From NCBI RefSeq assembly GCF_030144855.1, contig NC_082712.1, forward strand, positions 12,028,001 to 12,092,000: DNA of 64,000 nt, written 5' to 3'. The notes beneath the pieces are model-generated. The model did not search any database. It had not been told where the DNA came from and saw only the letters and a program-made list of their open reading frames with translations. Position 1 is the first letter of the stretch. Every line of letters starts with the position of its first letter. Made by a program: the position numbers and the translations under genes. The stretch comes from Hypanus sabinus (taxonomy: Eukaryota). Shown piece after piece: positions 25,201 through 38,939 of this stretch.

Positions 25201-25524
25201 CTAACCCATCCCTCCTGCAGATCCTCACATTTGTCTCTCATTTAGTAGGTATTTAGCGGGTACATTCAATCCAAAAGGTATCTCAAAACGCTAAGCAGCT
25301 TACAAACACTTCTGAAGCAGTCACTCTTATGATGTAGTAGTCACTCTGATGAGTATTTCTGTGGAGATCCAACAAACAGTGATCGGGCAGCGAGTTTTTG
25401 TTGACAACTAAAGACTGGGACGCCTCAAGTGTTTGAATCACGTCCCAGCGCCCACCGACTGTCCCAGTGAATCGGATTAGAGTCACGTCACGGCCTGAGC
25501 CTTCAGCATTATTACATACAGTAC

Positions 25525-25624
25525 CCGAGTAGATCACAGTAGAGAACGGCGCCCATCAATCAAAAGCCGAGAGTTTTCAGTCCGAGTGGGATACACAACA
25601 ACAGCACGGCACAAGCGTCTGTCC
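25525..25624 (-). pseudogene. Paralogous TM exon (copy B) with in-frame stop
   Basis: Acceptor ctcactttctcttcag|GG and donor GG|gtactg are intact. Reads GTDACAVLLLCIPLGLKTLGF*LMGAVLYCDLLG, with TGA at 25560-25562 where copy A has TTA. Confidence 0.75.
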
Positions 25625-26859
25625 CTGAAGAGAAAGTGAGACAAGTCAATCCAGACTCAGGGAAAGGGGGAGAGACTGACTGAAATCTGTAGGTGTCGAG
25701 ACATACATATAATGTAGCAGATTTACCCTGACGGAGCTACGGAAGATAACATGTATGTGAAAGAAGAAGAAAAGGATATTACTAAGAATGTGGAGATCAC
25801 AGTGACATGAATTAAACATTAGAACAGGAAGTTTAGCCTGGAGTCAGATCATAGATTATAAGATATAGGAGCAAACCTGTCCATTCGGCCCAAAAGGTCT
25901 GCTCCCCATTCCATTATGGCTGGTTAGTTATCCCTCTCAAACTCATTCTCCCGTCATCTCGCCGTTAACCTCCACAGTCATCTACGTCAATGTATTCCAC
26001 ATATCCACCACCATCTGGCTAAATAAATTCCTCCTCATCTCCGTTCTAAGGGACGTCCCGGTTTCTGAGGCTGTTCCCTCTGGTTCTTGACTCCCCCGCT
26101 ATATGAACACTCTCCACATCCATTCTATGCAGGCCTTTCCACATTCGATAAGTTTCAATGGGACCACCCTCTCCCCACCCCCCCACACCCCCACATTTTT
26201 CTAAACTCCAGCGGCAGGCCCAGAGCTGTCAGATGTTCCTCATACATTAACCATTTCATTCCAGGAATCATTCTCCTGAAACGCCCCTGGAGATAGATAG
26301 ATAGAGTATATTGTACTCCAGTTTTCAAACACTCCCTTATTTAAAACCATGACAAATTATTGTCCTTCCGCTCTACCATATTCCGACTGACTTTCCGATC
26401 TTCTGCATATTACCCCACTGGGTAAAGTTCCCTTTCATTTGTAATGACCAGTGTGTGGAAATTTTTTCTTTGGCCAGTGACGGCAACCTGTGTGCTGTGA
26501 ATAATTTCGTCAATAAAAAATAGTATAACTAAGCCCGTTCTAAAATCTGGAGATAAATAATTGCAAACCCCATGTTGTCAACTCCGTCCGCCTCAGAAAC
26601 TGGAAAAGGAAATGTGACCGTGTATGATCGTGGAATATACTTAACATGCCAGCAAGGGAGAGGGTGACAACCTTCTGAGCGCAGTTTAAATTCCTCTGTG
26701 TGTCAGTAGCAGAAGATGTGTGTGCGTGGACACATGCACACGAGGGGGAACATTATACCCCAGATGAACACTTGACAGTCCCTCACATAACTATAGTAAG
26801 GGATCTTTACTCCATTAGTGTCATAGAGAAGTACAGCACATAAACAGGCCCTTTGGCCC

Positions 26860-29800
26860 ATCTAGTCCATACTGAAACCATTTTAACTGCTTATTCCTTT
26901 CGAGTTGCACCGGGGCCATCGGCATCCATGTACCCATCTAAACTTCTCTCTGAAACATTGAAATCGCGGTTGCATGCACCACTTGTACTGGCAGCTCGTT
27001 CCACACACTCACGGCCCTCTGAGTGAAGAAGTTTCCCCTCATGTACCCCTTAAACTATTCACCTTTCACCCTTAACACATGATCTGTGGTTGTAGCCCCA
27101 CCGAACCTCAGTGGGAAAAGCCTGCTTACATTAACCCTGTCTATACCCTCAAAATGTTGTATACCTCTATCAAGCCTCCTCTCAATCTTCTACATTCTAA
27201 TGAATAAAGTAACCCATTCAATGTTTCCTTACAAACCAGGTCCTTCAGACCTGGCAACATCTTTGTAAATTTTCTCCGTATTCTTTCGACCTTATTTACT
27301 TCTCTCTGGTAAGTAGTTGAGTGAAACTGCACGCAGGCTTTACCAAATACTTATACAACCTCGACATAACATTCCATCTCCTGTACTCAATACATTTATG
27401 TACAAAGGCCAATGTAGCAGAAGTCTTATTTACAGCCTTTATACTTGTGACACTTTCAATGAATTATGGACCAATATTCCCAGAATCTTTTTTCAAAGAT
27501 TTTTTTGCAAGCCCTGATAACTTTCCCCACTGTCCACTACAACCCCATTCTTGGTGTCATCCGCAAATTTGCTGATCCAGTTAACCACAATACCATCCAG
27601 ATCACTGACACAACAAAGGGCCCGGCACTGAACACTGCGGCATTCCACTAGCTACAGACCTCCAGTCAGAGAGCTAACCATCTACTACAACTCTCTGGCA
27701 TCTGCCTCAAATCCGATTTATTACATCATCTTGGATGGACATCATCTGTACCATTCTGACCAGTCTCCCATGTGGGACTTTGTCAAAGGTTTTACTGAAG
27801 TCAATGTAGACAACATCCACTGCCTTGCCTTCTTCAAATTTTTCGGTAATGTCCTCAAAAAACTCGACCAAATTGATTAGACATAACCTACCATGCATGA
27901 ACCCGTGCTGACTAACCTTAATCAGTCCATTTCTATCGAAATACTTACATGGCCAGTCCCCTTAGAATACCCTCCTTTAGCTTTCCCACAACTGATGTCA
28001 GAATCACTGGACTATAATTTGATGGTTAATATTTGGAACCTTTAAAAACAGCGGAACATAGGTATCCTACAATCCTCTGGTACTTTTCCCGACACTAATG
28101 ATGATGTAAATATCTCTGCTAGGTCTCCGGCAATTTCTGCGTTTGCATCGCTTAGGGTCTGAGGGAATACCTTGTAAGGCCCTGGGGATTTATCCACCCT
28201 GATTTGCCTCAGGATAGCAAACACCGACTCTGCAATCTGTACAGGACCCATGAAGTTAATGTGTTTTGCTTCACTTCTATAGAATCTGTGTCCACATCTC
28301 AAGTAAATGCAGGTGCAAAAAGTAATTAAAATCTCCACCATTTGTTTTTGCTCCACAGATTAATTAGCAATCTGGCCCTCCAGAGGATATTTTGTACATT
28401 GCAATCCTTTTGCTTTTAACATATCACTAAAACCCCTAGGATTTTGCTTCTCTGTTCCTGCTAGAGTAACGTCATGCCTTCTTTTAGCCTCCCTGATTAC
28501 TTGCTTATGTGTCTCTTGCATTACTGCTACTCCATAAACTTCTCATTTGTTCCTTCCTTGTCAGATGGGGGGCTTTGGGAATGGACCCAAATGCAGGACA
28601 CAGACACTGAAGTACTAGGAACGGGACGGGACAAAACTAAAGGACAGGACAGGTTGCAGACCAGGCTAGGGAAGCAGGACCAGGCCTGGTTTCTTGGAGC
28701 TTGAGGCTCGTGGCTCGAGGCTGGGCTCTTGAAGGCAGACTCGGAACCGTATATCAACATAAAGCCAGGGCTTATCCATCAACAAGCTGGGACTCCTCTT
28801 TAACAAGACACAATCATGAGATTGGACAGTACATAGACACAGAGCCAGGACCTATCCTTCAACAAGCCAGGACTCAACTTTCACTCCACACCAAGGCAGG
28901 ACAGGTCCACCCATCAGAACAGCCAGACTTACCCAATGGAGGCAAAGACAAAACAAGACAGATTCCATCTGCAGGGCAACAGCAGAACAGCCTGAATTAC
29001 CCCACAGAGGAGAAAACAAGACAGATCATCCCACAGGGCAATGGCAGAACAGCCTGACTGACCCCACAGGGTGAAGACAGGAAGAGACAAACATCAAAGA
29101 ACAACAGACAGTTCCATCTCTGCATCAGGGCTGCTCCAAGTCCTAGTTACAGCCATCAACCTCCACTGGCTACAGAAACAACCAGATCCCTACCTAGCTC
29201 AGAGAGGCTGACAGCCACCCAGCTGGCCCAGGAAGCAGCTGAATCCATACTGCAATGACAGCAAGACTCCAAGAAGCCATGGTTCTCCAACATGGCCTAA
29301 AGCTGGCAAGTAGCTGTTCTAGCCTTCCACCAGCCATTTGCTCCCAGGGAATCTTGACAAGACAACCACCCAAACACACTCAATCCCAGGGCCACTTAAG
29401 TACCCATCCCCAAGATGAGCATCAGCTGCTCATGGTTAAGTCCAACCAAAACAAGGGACAGCCGGAAGACCCGGAGCCCAGAGTCCGCGGACTGGACTGT
29501 GACATTCCTTCGTTTTCCTGCTATGCACCTTCTTTCTTTCTCTTAACCCGGGCCTCATTATCCCTTCAAAATGTTGAAACAAGCTAATGGCTTTAAGGTG
29601 GCTAAATGCAGTGTTCCCCTACAGAAACTTCTGTCACCTGTCCTATCTTATTCCCTAACAGCAGATCCTATCACACGCTCTCATTGGGACTTCCACGTAC
29701 TGATGAAGATAACTTTCTTGAACACAAACTTTATCCTATCTAGTCCTTTTATGCCATGGGATCCCCAGTCAATAAGTGGAAATGCAAAATCACCTCCAAT

Positions 29801-31150
29801 ACCAACCTTATGTTTATTGCAGCAGTCTGCGATCTCTTTACATCTAAATCCCGCAGACTGTCAGATGGTCTGTAATATCGCCCCATTAACGTGGTCATAA
29901 CTTCTTATCTCTCAGTTCCACCCATAACGCCTCTCCAGACGAGTTCACCAGTCTATCCTGATGTCCCACTGCCCTGACATTTGCTCTGACTAGTAACTCC
30001 ACGCTTCCTCCTTTAACCCTTCCCACTCTGTTATGTCTAAAACAACAAAACCCCTGAATGTTAGGGTGCCAGTTCTGCCCCTCCTGCAACCAAGTTTCTC
30101 TCATGGCTACAATGTCATAATTCCAGGATCTGATCCATAGCCTGAACTCATCCACCTACATTATGATGCTTCTTGCATTGAAATATACGCCGCTCAGGAC
30201 ATAGTCGCACCATGCTGAACTTTTTGATTCTCGACTTTGAGGTTTTTCAACATCTGTTTCCACAACCTCTCCACTAATTGTTCTGGCACTCTATTTTCCA
30301 TTCCACTGCAATTCTAATTTAAATACCACCATGCACCATTAACAATCCTTCACGCTGGGATGTTAGTTCCACACCAGTTTAGGTGCCAACCCTCCCTTCT
30401 ATACCAGTCCACTTTCCTTCAAAGAGATCCCAGTGATCCTTCACTCCTACATCAACTCCTTACCTACGTGTTAAACTGTATAATTATCTAGTTCTGGGGT
30501 CACTAGCCCGTGACACGAATACCAATCCTAGGATCACAACCTTGGAGGTCCTGCCCTTTAACTTAGCAATTAACTTTCTGAACCCCCTGTGCAGAACTCG
30601 TCACTCGTCCTTGGTACCTGCATGGATCACAACCTCTGGGTGTTCACTCTCCCAATTCAGATTGCAGAGAACTTGATCCGAGATGCCCCGGAACCTGGCA
30701 GCCGGGAAGCCACATACCATCGGGAATCTCTTTTTCACCCACAGAGACTCCTGTCTGCTCCACTAACTAACGAATCCCTAACAACACAGGGTGCCTTTTC
30801 TCCGTACAACCCTTCTGGGTCACAGAGCCAGACTCAGTGACAGAGAAACGCCCGCTGCAAATTTCCACTGCGAGGTCATATTCCTCCCCCACCCCGCCCC
30901 CATAGTGTCCAAAGTAATAAACCTGATTTTGAGGGGGGTGGCCACAGGGGTACTCTGCACTGGCTCCTTTACCCCTTTCTATTTCCTGACTGTCACCCAC
31001 TTCCCTATGACCTTGCCCTTGTGTGTAACTACCTCACTACATGTCCTATCTATCATCCCTTCAGCCTTTCGAATGACCAGAGTTCATCCAATTCCACTCC
31101 AACTCCTTAACACGGATTGTTAGAAGCTGCAGCTGGCTGCACTTGTCACA
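26860..31150 (-). mobile_element. Long degenerate CR1 LINE (ORF1 through RT), interrupted by a solo LTR
   Basis: Minus-strand RT motifs (VDVVYIDFSKTFDKVPH, KSPGP), EN motif (YDIVAMRETWL) and ORF1 esterase pieces. The reading continues across 28559-29504. Confidence 0.85.
28559..29504 (-). mobile_element. Solo LTR with 5-bp target-site duplication
   Basis: Termini TGTCA...TGACA flanked by TTCCT at 28554-28558 and 29505-29509. One end resembles the LTR end at 34090-34145. Confidence 0.85.
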
Positions 31151-32742
31151 ATTGTAATGATCAGAGATACTGAAGGAATTTCACAAATCCAAAAATACAT
31201 CACATTGATATACCCTGAAGACCAAAGAGATTTTGGCATGTTGGTCCTCACAAATCAAAGTATTGAGTACTAGAATTGGCATGTTATGTTCAAGTTGTAT
31301 CAGATGTAAGTGAGTATTTGTGCATTTCTGGTCACCCTCCTGTAGCCAAGATATCAATAAGTTTGAAAGAGTGGAATGAGCTTCCTGTAGAAGTAGTAGA
31401 GGCCAGTTCAGTTGTGTCATTTAAGGTAAAATTGGATAGGTATATGGACAGGAAAGGAGTGGAGGGTTATGGGTTGAGTGCGGGTAGGTGGGACTAGGTG
31501 AGATTAAGGGTTCAGCACGGACTAGGAGGGCCAAGATGGCCTGTTTCCATGCTGTGATTGTTATATGGTTATATGGTCATAAAAATATGACAAGATGTGT
31601 TGGTCTTGGGGACCTGAGCTACAGGGAAAAGTTACATACGTTAGGACCTTATTGTCTGAAGCGCAGGAGAATAAGAGGACATTTGATAGAGCGATACAAA
31701 GCTATGAGAGGAATAGAACAGGTCCATCCATCCGCCAAAAGCAGAACCTCCAAGTGACACAACATTTGAAATCTGATTTCCAACCCGTTCTGACATCTCA
31801 GTCTATGGCCTCTTTTTCTGTCACAATGAAGCCACCCTCAAGATGAGGAGCAACACATTATATTCCATCTGCGAAGCCTCCAACCTAAAGGCATGAATGT
31901 TGATTTCTCCTTCTGCCCTTTGTCGTTCCCAACCACCACCGATTACTTTCCAGCTATCCTTCTTCCCCTCAATCCACATGTTCATTCTGGAGCCTTCCGC
32001 CTTCCATTCTCGTCCCGAAATGCCGACGGTTTGTTCATTGTCACGGACGATGCCTGTCCTGCTGTGTTCCTCCTGCATTTTGTGCATGCTGCTTTCCATG
32101 TGCAGGATCTGTGAAATTCCAAGTGTTATGAACAGGGTAAATGCAAGGAGGCCTTTCCCCCGGAGGACGAGCGCGATCAGAACTAGACGTCAGGATACCG
32201 GGTGAAGGGTGAAATGTTCAGAGTGAACATGAGGGAGTGTTTTTTACTCAGTATGTGGTGAGAACGTGGATGGACTGCCAGCGTAAGTAGCGGATGCGGG
32301 GTCAATTTCACCCCCTAATGCGGATGTGAGGGGTGTGAAGGGCTGTGGTACCACTGAATTTCCATGGGACTAGGCAGCACAATTGTTCAGCATAGACTAG
32401 ATGGACCGATTGGCCTGCTCATGTGTTGTACTGTTCAACTGTTGTCAGGGCAAGAGGCTTATTTCACAATTGGTCCATTGAGATGTCCCATCGAAGCTGA
32501 CCTTGAGCCTGGTGGTCGGTGATTTCAGGCTCTGGCATCTGGAGAGGACAGATGAGAGGACCTCCGGGGTATTCGGGCTGTCTGGTTCTGCTGGCCCTTT
32601 ACCGAGCCGAAGTCCGCAGAGGGGAAGCTGGTTCCTGAGATGAGCTGAGCTGTGTCTACGGATTCCTATGGTTTCATGCAGAATAATTCCCACAGCAAAG
32701 CATTATATAAGCAATGCTTTCTATTGTGCATCGATAAAAACG

Positions 32743-32991
32743 TGTAATCTACATCGCGAGAACGTAAACATTCTTTGTTTGTGCCCTGCATCAGGGTCTG
32801 TGGTAAACTATGTATACCTGTCTGGACACGCCCCTCTGCTGACTGCTCCTGTGGCTTCTCCCACAGACCCCTGTATAGAGGCGATTGGGGCACTGCTCCT
32901 CCCTCAGTCTCCGAGATGTCGTGCTCCCTCTTGCTGCTAATGGAAGCCTATCGTTCACTTCCAGTCTCCGAGAGTTATTGATGGTGCATCA
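32743..32991 (+). mobile_element. LTR-like fragment of a second family
   Basis: TATA-like and polyA-like motifs (GTATAGAGG; CTAATGGAAGCC, a decayed AATAAA); ends TGATGGTGCATCA. The 5' boundary is uncertain and no TSD was seen. Confidence 0.5.
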
Positions 32992-34145
32992 GGGTCCTTC
33001 CCCAGCAGCCTTGCTCCTACATTGTGACAGAGCGCTCTCGCCGAACATGGACCCAGCAGACACAAACACTGTTTTTTCAAACTCTCGTCAGCCAGAATCC
33101 CGCACAGAGTGCAATTCAAGATCGTGACTCAAATTCCCAGTTATCACTTCAGCCACGGGGTAAATACGTCAGTTATATAAGGTCAAGGTGTTGTTCTGTT
33201 TTGCCCGCCGATCAAAACCCCCTTCACCCACCCGGGTCATTGATAATCCGGGCAAACCTGTTGGTCGCCTGGAGGCTCCCATTGGGGAGGTGGATACTGT
33301 CAGGGTCCGGACTGGGTTCCCTTTAAATTTACCTTGTTTGTGTTACGATCCGACCGTTGGATCCTTATTTCCCTTTAATTCCTGGTTTTCCCGTGTCCCT
33401 TGGGCTTGGTGATTAAAGGCAATTTACTCGCGACCGAACCGGCAGTTTATAAGTTTCCGGCTTCAGCCGTTCAGCGAGTGAGTGTTAACGAAGTTGGTGT
33501 GAGTCAAAGTCATCCAGCCGGAGCAAGCCACGTCTCCTCCTGAAGGAAGTACCAGCAAGCCCGAGCAGGTCCGGCAAGGTTAACCCGCCAGGGTGAGTCA
33601 AGAGCTCACCGCTGCTTGGGGCAAACTTGTGCCCAGTTATAGTACCGACTATCGTTGTGTGGTCTCCGTATCCATGCCCTGTGTTTCAAAGGCGTCCTGA
33701 CACTGTGTCAAGAAGAGTCCCGACTCCGTCCTGTGTCTAAGGAGGATTCCCGGCTCAATGCTTTTTATCCTGTGTCTGAGTCTGTCCGGGGAATAAGAGT
33801 TCCGGCTCCATATACTGCGTCTAAGGAGTCCTGGCTCACTGCTCAATGTCCTGTGTTTAAGTATCGCGTCCTGGCTCCAAGGTCCACGATCCGAGTCCTG
33901 GTTGCGATGTCCGAGTTCCAAGTCCTAGCCCAGACCCTGAGTCCCAGCCTAGTCCAGGGCCTGAGTCCTTGTCCATTACACCTATTCCCGGTTCCACTTT
34001 GCTCTCCTTGATTTCTCTCTGTTCTATCCTTTCGTCCCGGCTCTCCTTGTAAGTAGTAATAAACTCTATTTAGTTAACCCGACAAAATGTGTTTGTGTCC
34101 TGCATTTGGGTCCTTCCCCAGCACCCTTGCCCCCACATTATGACA
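32992..34145 (+). mobile_element. Internally deleted Ty3/Gypsy element: 5' LTR end, gag start, PPT, 3' LTR
   Basis: 32992-33029 repeats the 3' LTR end (GGGTCCTTCCCC...ACATT-TGACA). ATG GAC CCA GCA GAC (MDPAD) at 33047; PPT GGGGAGGTGGA at 33284-33294; LTR TGTCA (33298) to TGACA (34145). Confidence 0.75.
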
Positions 34146-34549
34146 CCCTCCATGACTTCCTCCTTCTCTGCAGCCGTGTCACCATCTCCGATCAGCAGTG
34201 TCACGCCTTCATCTCTCTTTCCTCCTCCCCTGTCCTTTCGGAAACATCTAAAGCCTGGCATTCGAAGTAGCCATTCCTGCCCCGAGCCATCGAAGTATCT
34301 TTAATGGGCGCAACATCACAGCACTGATCCACATTCTAAGCTCAGCCGCTGTGTTTGTGAATCGTTCAAGAGTGGAAGGGAAAATACTGGAAAACATTTT
34401 ACAGGACAAAATTTATTATCAGAGATGAAGCAATAGTGATTCGAGGCAAATTTATACCCCTGAAGAACAATTCCAATGAAACCACAAGTACAAATCCAAT
34501 CATAAAGGAAACCAACTAGTATGGCAAAATGTCATGAGCATTCTTCAGG

Positions 34550-35230
34550 ACTGGGAAGGAAGGGGGGAAGGTGCCAGAGTGTAAAGGTGGGGGTAGGGGA
34601 GGGCCAGCAGGAAGCTGAGCGGTGAAGCCAAATGGCTGGGGAAGGTCAAGAGCCGACAAAGGAATCTGATGGGACAGGAGAGTGGACCATAGAAAAAAGG
34701 GAAGGAGGAGACTCGGTGGGGGGGCGGGTGGAGTAATAGTTGAGAGGAGGTAAAATGGTCAGAGTGGGGAATAGAGGAAGATGGAGGTTAGGGTAGAATT
34801 GATTTACCGGAAGGAGAAATCGATATTCATGTATTCGGGTTGGAGCTTACCCAGGCGGAATATAAGGTGTCGCTGCTCTGCCCTGAGGGGGATCTCATCA
34901 CGGCACAAGAGGAAACCATGGAACGACACATCAGAACAGGAATGGGAATACAATTAAAATGTTCAGCCATCGTAAAGTTCCTCTTCTGGCGAATGGAGCG
35001 GAGGTACTCTTTGAAGCGGTCCCCCAATTTACGACGAGTCTCACCAAAGTTGGAGAGGCCACATTGGGGCCACACTGGACACAATACACAACCCCAGCAG
35101 ATATTCAGGTGAAGTGTTGTCCCACCTGGAAGCACTGCCTTGGGCCCTGAAGGGAGGTGGTATATGGGCAGGTACAACACTTAGGCTGCTTACAGGGATA
35201 AGCGCCAGGAGCGAGATTAGTGGGGAGGGA
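34550..35230 (-). mobile_element. Penelope-like GIY-YIG fragment
   Basis: CVLCPVWPQCGL..GETRRKLGDRFKEYLRSIRQK...AEHFN. Confidence 0.8.
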
Positions 35231-38200
35231 GCGATCCCTATAGAAAGCGGGGGGGGGGGGGGGAGGTAAAGATACGTATGTTTAGAGGTAGGATATTCAA
35301 ATGAATGTTAGTGTTTTTCCAACAAAAGACGCCTCTGATAAAGCAATGATCCCTAATTACTGTGTCACTATGTCCTGCTAAGTACAGCTCACTGAACTGG
35401 GGTTTTCTTTTCATCTTGTGATGGAAAGGCTTCAAGCAGATTAACAATAAAGGTTCAGTTCATTGCAGTGTGCAAATAGATTAAATGGACTTCCTAACCA
35501 ACAGAACAGGCTGCCGGCAACGGTGGTGGAGATGGATACGATAGGGTCTTTTAAGAGACTTTTGGATAGGTACATGGAGTTTAGGAAAACAGAGTAAGCC
35601 TAGTAATCTAGTAACTTCTAAGGTAGGGACATGTTCGGCACAACTTTGTGGGCCGAAGGGCCTGTATTGTGCTGTAGGTTTTCTATGTTTCTATTATAAG
35701 GCAAACCAGGAAGTGCGACGCCATGACAGGATGAATTGTGAGATCAAGAAACCATCTAAACTTACAATTATCAACAGTCTTATAACATTGAGATACTGTA
35801 GCGTGCAAAAGTCTTATACCTGGGATGCCGAAGACTTTAGCACAGCAATGTATTTGACAGCATGAAGCAGAAAGTGAGTTTGTGAATCTGGCAGGAGCAA
35901 AGTATGTTTGAAATGGCGAGGGTGGAATGTCGAGGGAGGCTGCTGTAACACAAACCTCTTACTCAATGTCACCAAGACCAAGGAGCTGAGTATTGACTTC
36001 TGAAGGAGGAACAAAGAGATCCATAAGCGAGTACTCATGGGAGGATCAGAGGTGGAGAAGGTCAGCAACTCTAAATTCCTCCGTGTTTTTATCTCCGAGA
36101 ATCGGCCCTGGACCCGCCACCTATGTGAAATTGCAAGGCACCTCTACTTCTATACAAGATATTTAGAGGAATAGACAGAGTGGACAGCCAGTGCCTCTTC
36201 CCCAGGGCACCACTGCTCAGTACAAGAGGACATGGCTTTAAGGTAAAGGGGAGGGAAGTTCAAGGGGGATATTAGAGGAAGGTTTTTCACTCAGAGTGGT
36301 TGGTGCATGGAATGCACTGCCTGAGTCAGTGGTGGAGGCATATACACTAGTGAAATTTAAGAGACTACTAGACAGGTATATGGAGGAATTTAAGGTGGAG
36401 GGTTATATGGGAGGCAGGGTTTAAGGGTTGGCACATCATTGTGGGCCGAATGGCCTGTACTGTGCTGTATTGTTCTTTATGAGTTTGCGAAGTATCGGCA
36501 CGACATCTAAAACGTTGGCAAACTTCTACAGATGTGTGGTGGCGAGTACATTGACCGGGTGCGTCACAGCCTGACAGGGAAACACCAATGCCCTTGAACG
36601 GAAAATCATACAAATGTAATGGATACGACAGAGTCCTTCACGAGTACAGCCTTCCCCACTATTGAACACATGTACACAGGAGGCTGATGCAGGAAAGTAG
36701 CATCTGTCATCAGGGACCCCGACCACCCAGGACATGCTCCCTCTCACTGCTGCCATTGAGAAGAAGGTACAGGGGTCTCAGGACTGACAGAACGAGGGTC
36801 AGGAATACTTATTACCCCTCAAGCATCAGGCTCATGAACCAAACGGAATGACTTCATCAACTTCACTTCATCATTAGATAATAAAACATTAAGACACAGG
36901 AGCAGAATTAGACCATTTAGCCCATTGAGTCTGCTCCGTCATTCCATCAATGCTGATCCAGATACACTTGCCTTCTCACCAAATCATTTGATGCCCTGAC
37001 CGAGCAGGAAACGATCATCTTTTGCTTTAAATATGCCCACAGTCTCTGCCTCCACCACAGTCTGTGGCAGAGAATCCCACAGGTTTATACTCTGGCTAAA
37101 AAATTCCTGCTTCCCTCTGTTCTACAAGGTCACCCTTCAGTTTAGGGACTGTGCCTCTTAGCTCTGGTTACCTGCTACAGAGGAAACATCCTCTCTACAT
37201 CCACACTATATAGTCCTTTCAACATTCGTTAGGTTTCAATGAGATCTGCTCACATCCTTCTAAATTCCAGCGAATACAGGCAGAAAACTGCCAAACAGAA
37301 CTCGTATGTTAACCCCTTCATTCCTGGAATCCTCCTCGTGAACCTCCTCTGGACTCTCTCCAAAGAAAGCACATCTTTTTGGAGATATAGGCCCAAAACG
37401 TTTCTTCGAACTTAAAGAAAAAACAGCACAGTGTGTCTTAATGCACTCACCATATTCTGTGGAAATCAAACTTGCCAACTCTTATAAGCTGCACCTCTGC
37501 CCACTCCACAATACATTCGTCCCCACACACACACACATCAAACTTTAAACTACATCTTGCTATATTTGGGGCCATGGAGCATTGTGACCAGTTTTGGGCC
37601 CCTTCTCTAAGAAAATATGGGCTGGCATTGCAGATGTTCCAGAAGAGGTTCACGAGAATGATTCAGGGAGTGAGAGGGTTAACATAAGAGGAAAGTGTGA
37701 TGATTCTGGGTCTGTTCTCGATGGTGTTTAGCAGAGTAGGAGGGGGTGAGCTCATTGCATTCTGTCGAAAAGCCGAGATCGAGGAGATGGTGAGAGGATG
37801 CTTCCTATAGTGGCGAGTCTAGGACCAGAAGGGACAGTCTCCGAATAGAGGGGTGTCCTATTAAAACAGAGATGAGGAGGACTTCGCTAGTCAGGGTATA
37901 GTGAATCTGTGGAATTCATTGCCCAAGGTATTACATCGAATATCCTAACATGGATAAAAGAGATCAGGGTATGAAGGGTCCCAGCCAGAAACATCGACTG
38001 CTTACTCTTTTCCATAGATGCTGCCTAGCCCACTGAGATCCCCTCGCATGAAGGGAGCCTTTTCTGGGTGCCTGCCGGTAACTCGTGATGTTGCACAGGG
38101 GCCTGTGTTGGGACCAATTCATTGTACATTATACGTTAATGATTTGGATGATAGAATTGTTGGCTTTGATGCAGACTTTGCAGATGATACGAAGATATGT

Positions 38201-38923
38201 GGAAGGCAAGGTGGGTTTGAGGAAGTGGAATGACTACAGAAGGACCTAGACAGATTAGGAGAATGGGGAAACAAGTGGAGATGGAATGCATTGTCGGTAA
38301 GTGTATGGTCATACACATTGGCAGAATAAATGAAAGGTTAACTATTTTTTTTAAATGGGGAGAAAATACAGAGAAAATACAAAAAAAGCAGCTGAGCAAA
38401 ATGACTTGGGAGACCTTGTTTAAGAATCCCTCAAAGATAATTTCCAGACTGAGACTCAGAAAAGATGACCAGTTCAGGTCGACATCACACCTACTCACTG
38501 TCTTCTCCTGTCCATACTACACCAACTGCTGCCACTGGGCTATAAACGTGCAGGAGCAGTGTGGGGTTAAGTGCGTTGCACACTGCCTCAGCTGGGGCTC
38601 GAACTAATGACCTTCAGATCGCTAGCCCAAAGCCTTCACCAATTGGCCACACGCCCCACTCACTGTCCTCAGCCCAATAGTGATTGCTGTCTGTGCAGCG
38701 TTTACCACCGCCTTAATTAGGCCTCTATCTACGATCGTTCTCCAGTTCTACATATTTGGCATGTTCAGCCCAGAATTCTGCAACAGGTTGTAGAGTCAAT
38801 GTAGGAAGAGGTCAATTAAAAACAGATAACATTTCTTCATGTGGAACATGGTGTTCTCGTTGGATCTTGTTGCGTCTGCACCTTGTGGTTGGAAAACCGG
38901 TCTTCTCAGTCTCCTGCGGTGGA

Positions 38924-38939
38924 TCAGTCTTGTCGCTTT
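38924..38939 (-). CDS. Terminal coding exon (short basic cytoplasmic tail), copy A
   Basis: Acceptor ttcgttctgtccacag|A, conserved in the paralogue at 23821. Phase 2 joins the TM exon to give ...DKL-R-KRQD-TGA. No polyA signal was identified. Confidence 0.65.

Larger units (their letters stand above)
23778..25800. repeat. Older segmental duplication block, paralogous to about 38890-40990 (TM exon, intron, tail exon)
   Basis: Colinear homology of unique intron sequence, a shared SINE (about 24935-25200 vs 40110-40310) and both exons. Visibly more diverged than the V2 block (roughly 75-80% identity by eye). Confidence 0.85.

Noticed and set aside
26300-26760. Unique non-repetitive stretch as a possible promoter or exon of copy B
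   Set aside because: No Ig-like translation on either strand and no diagnostic motif, so no call can be supported.
38817-38939. Longer tail reading ESDKTDPPQETEKTG... (and EADETNPP... in copy B)
   Set aside because: Needs a phase-1 junction, but the TM exon donor is phase 2 in both copies, and that phase gives an early stop in both.
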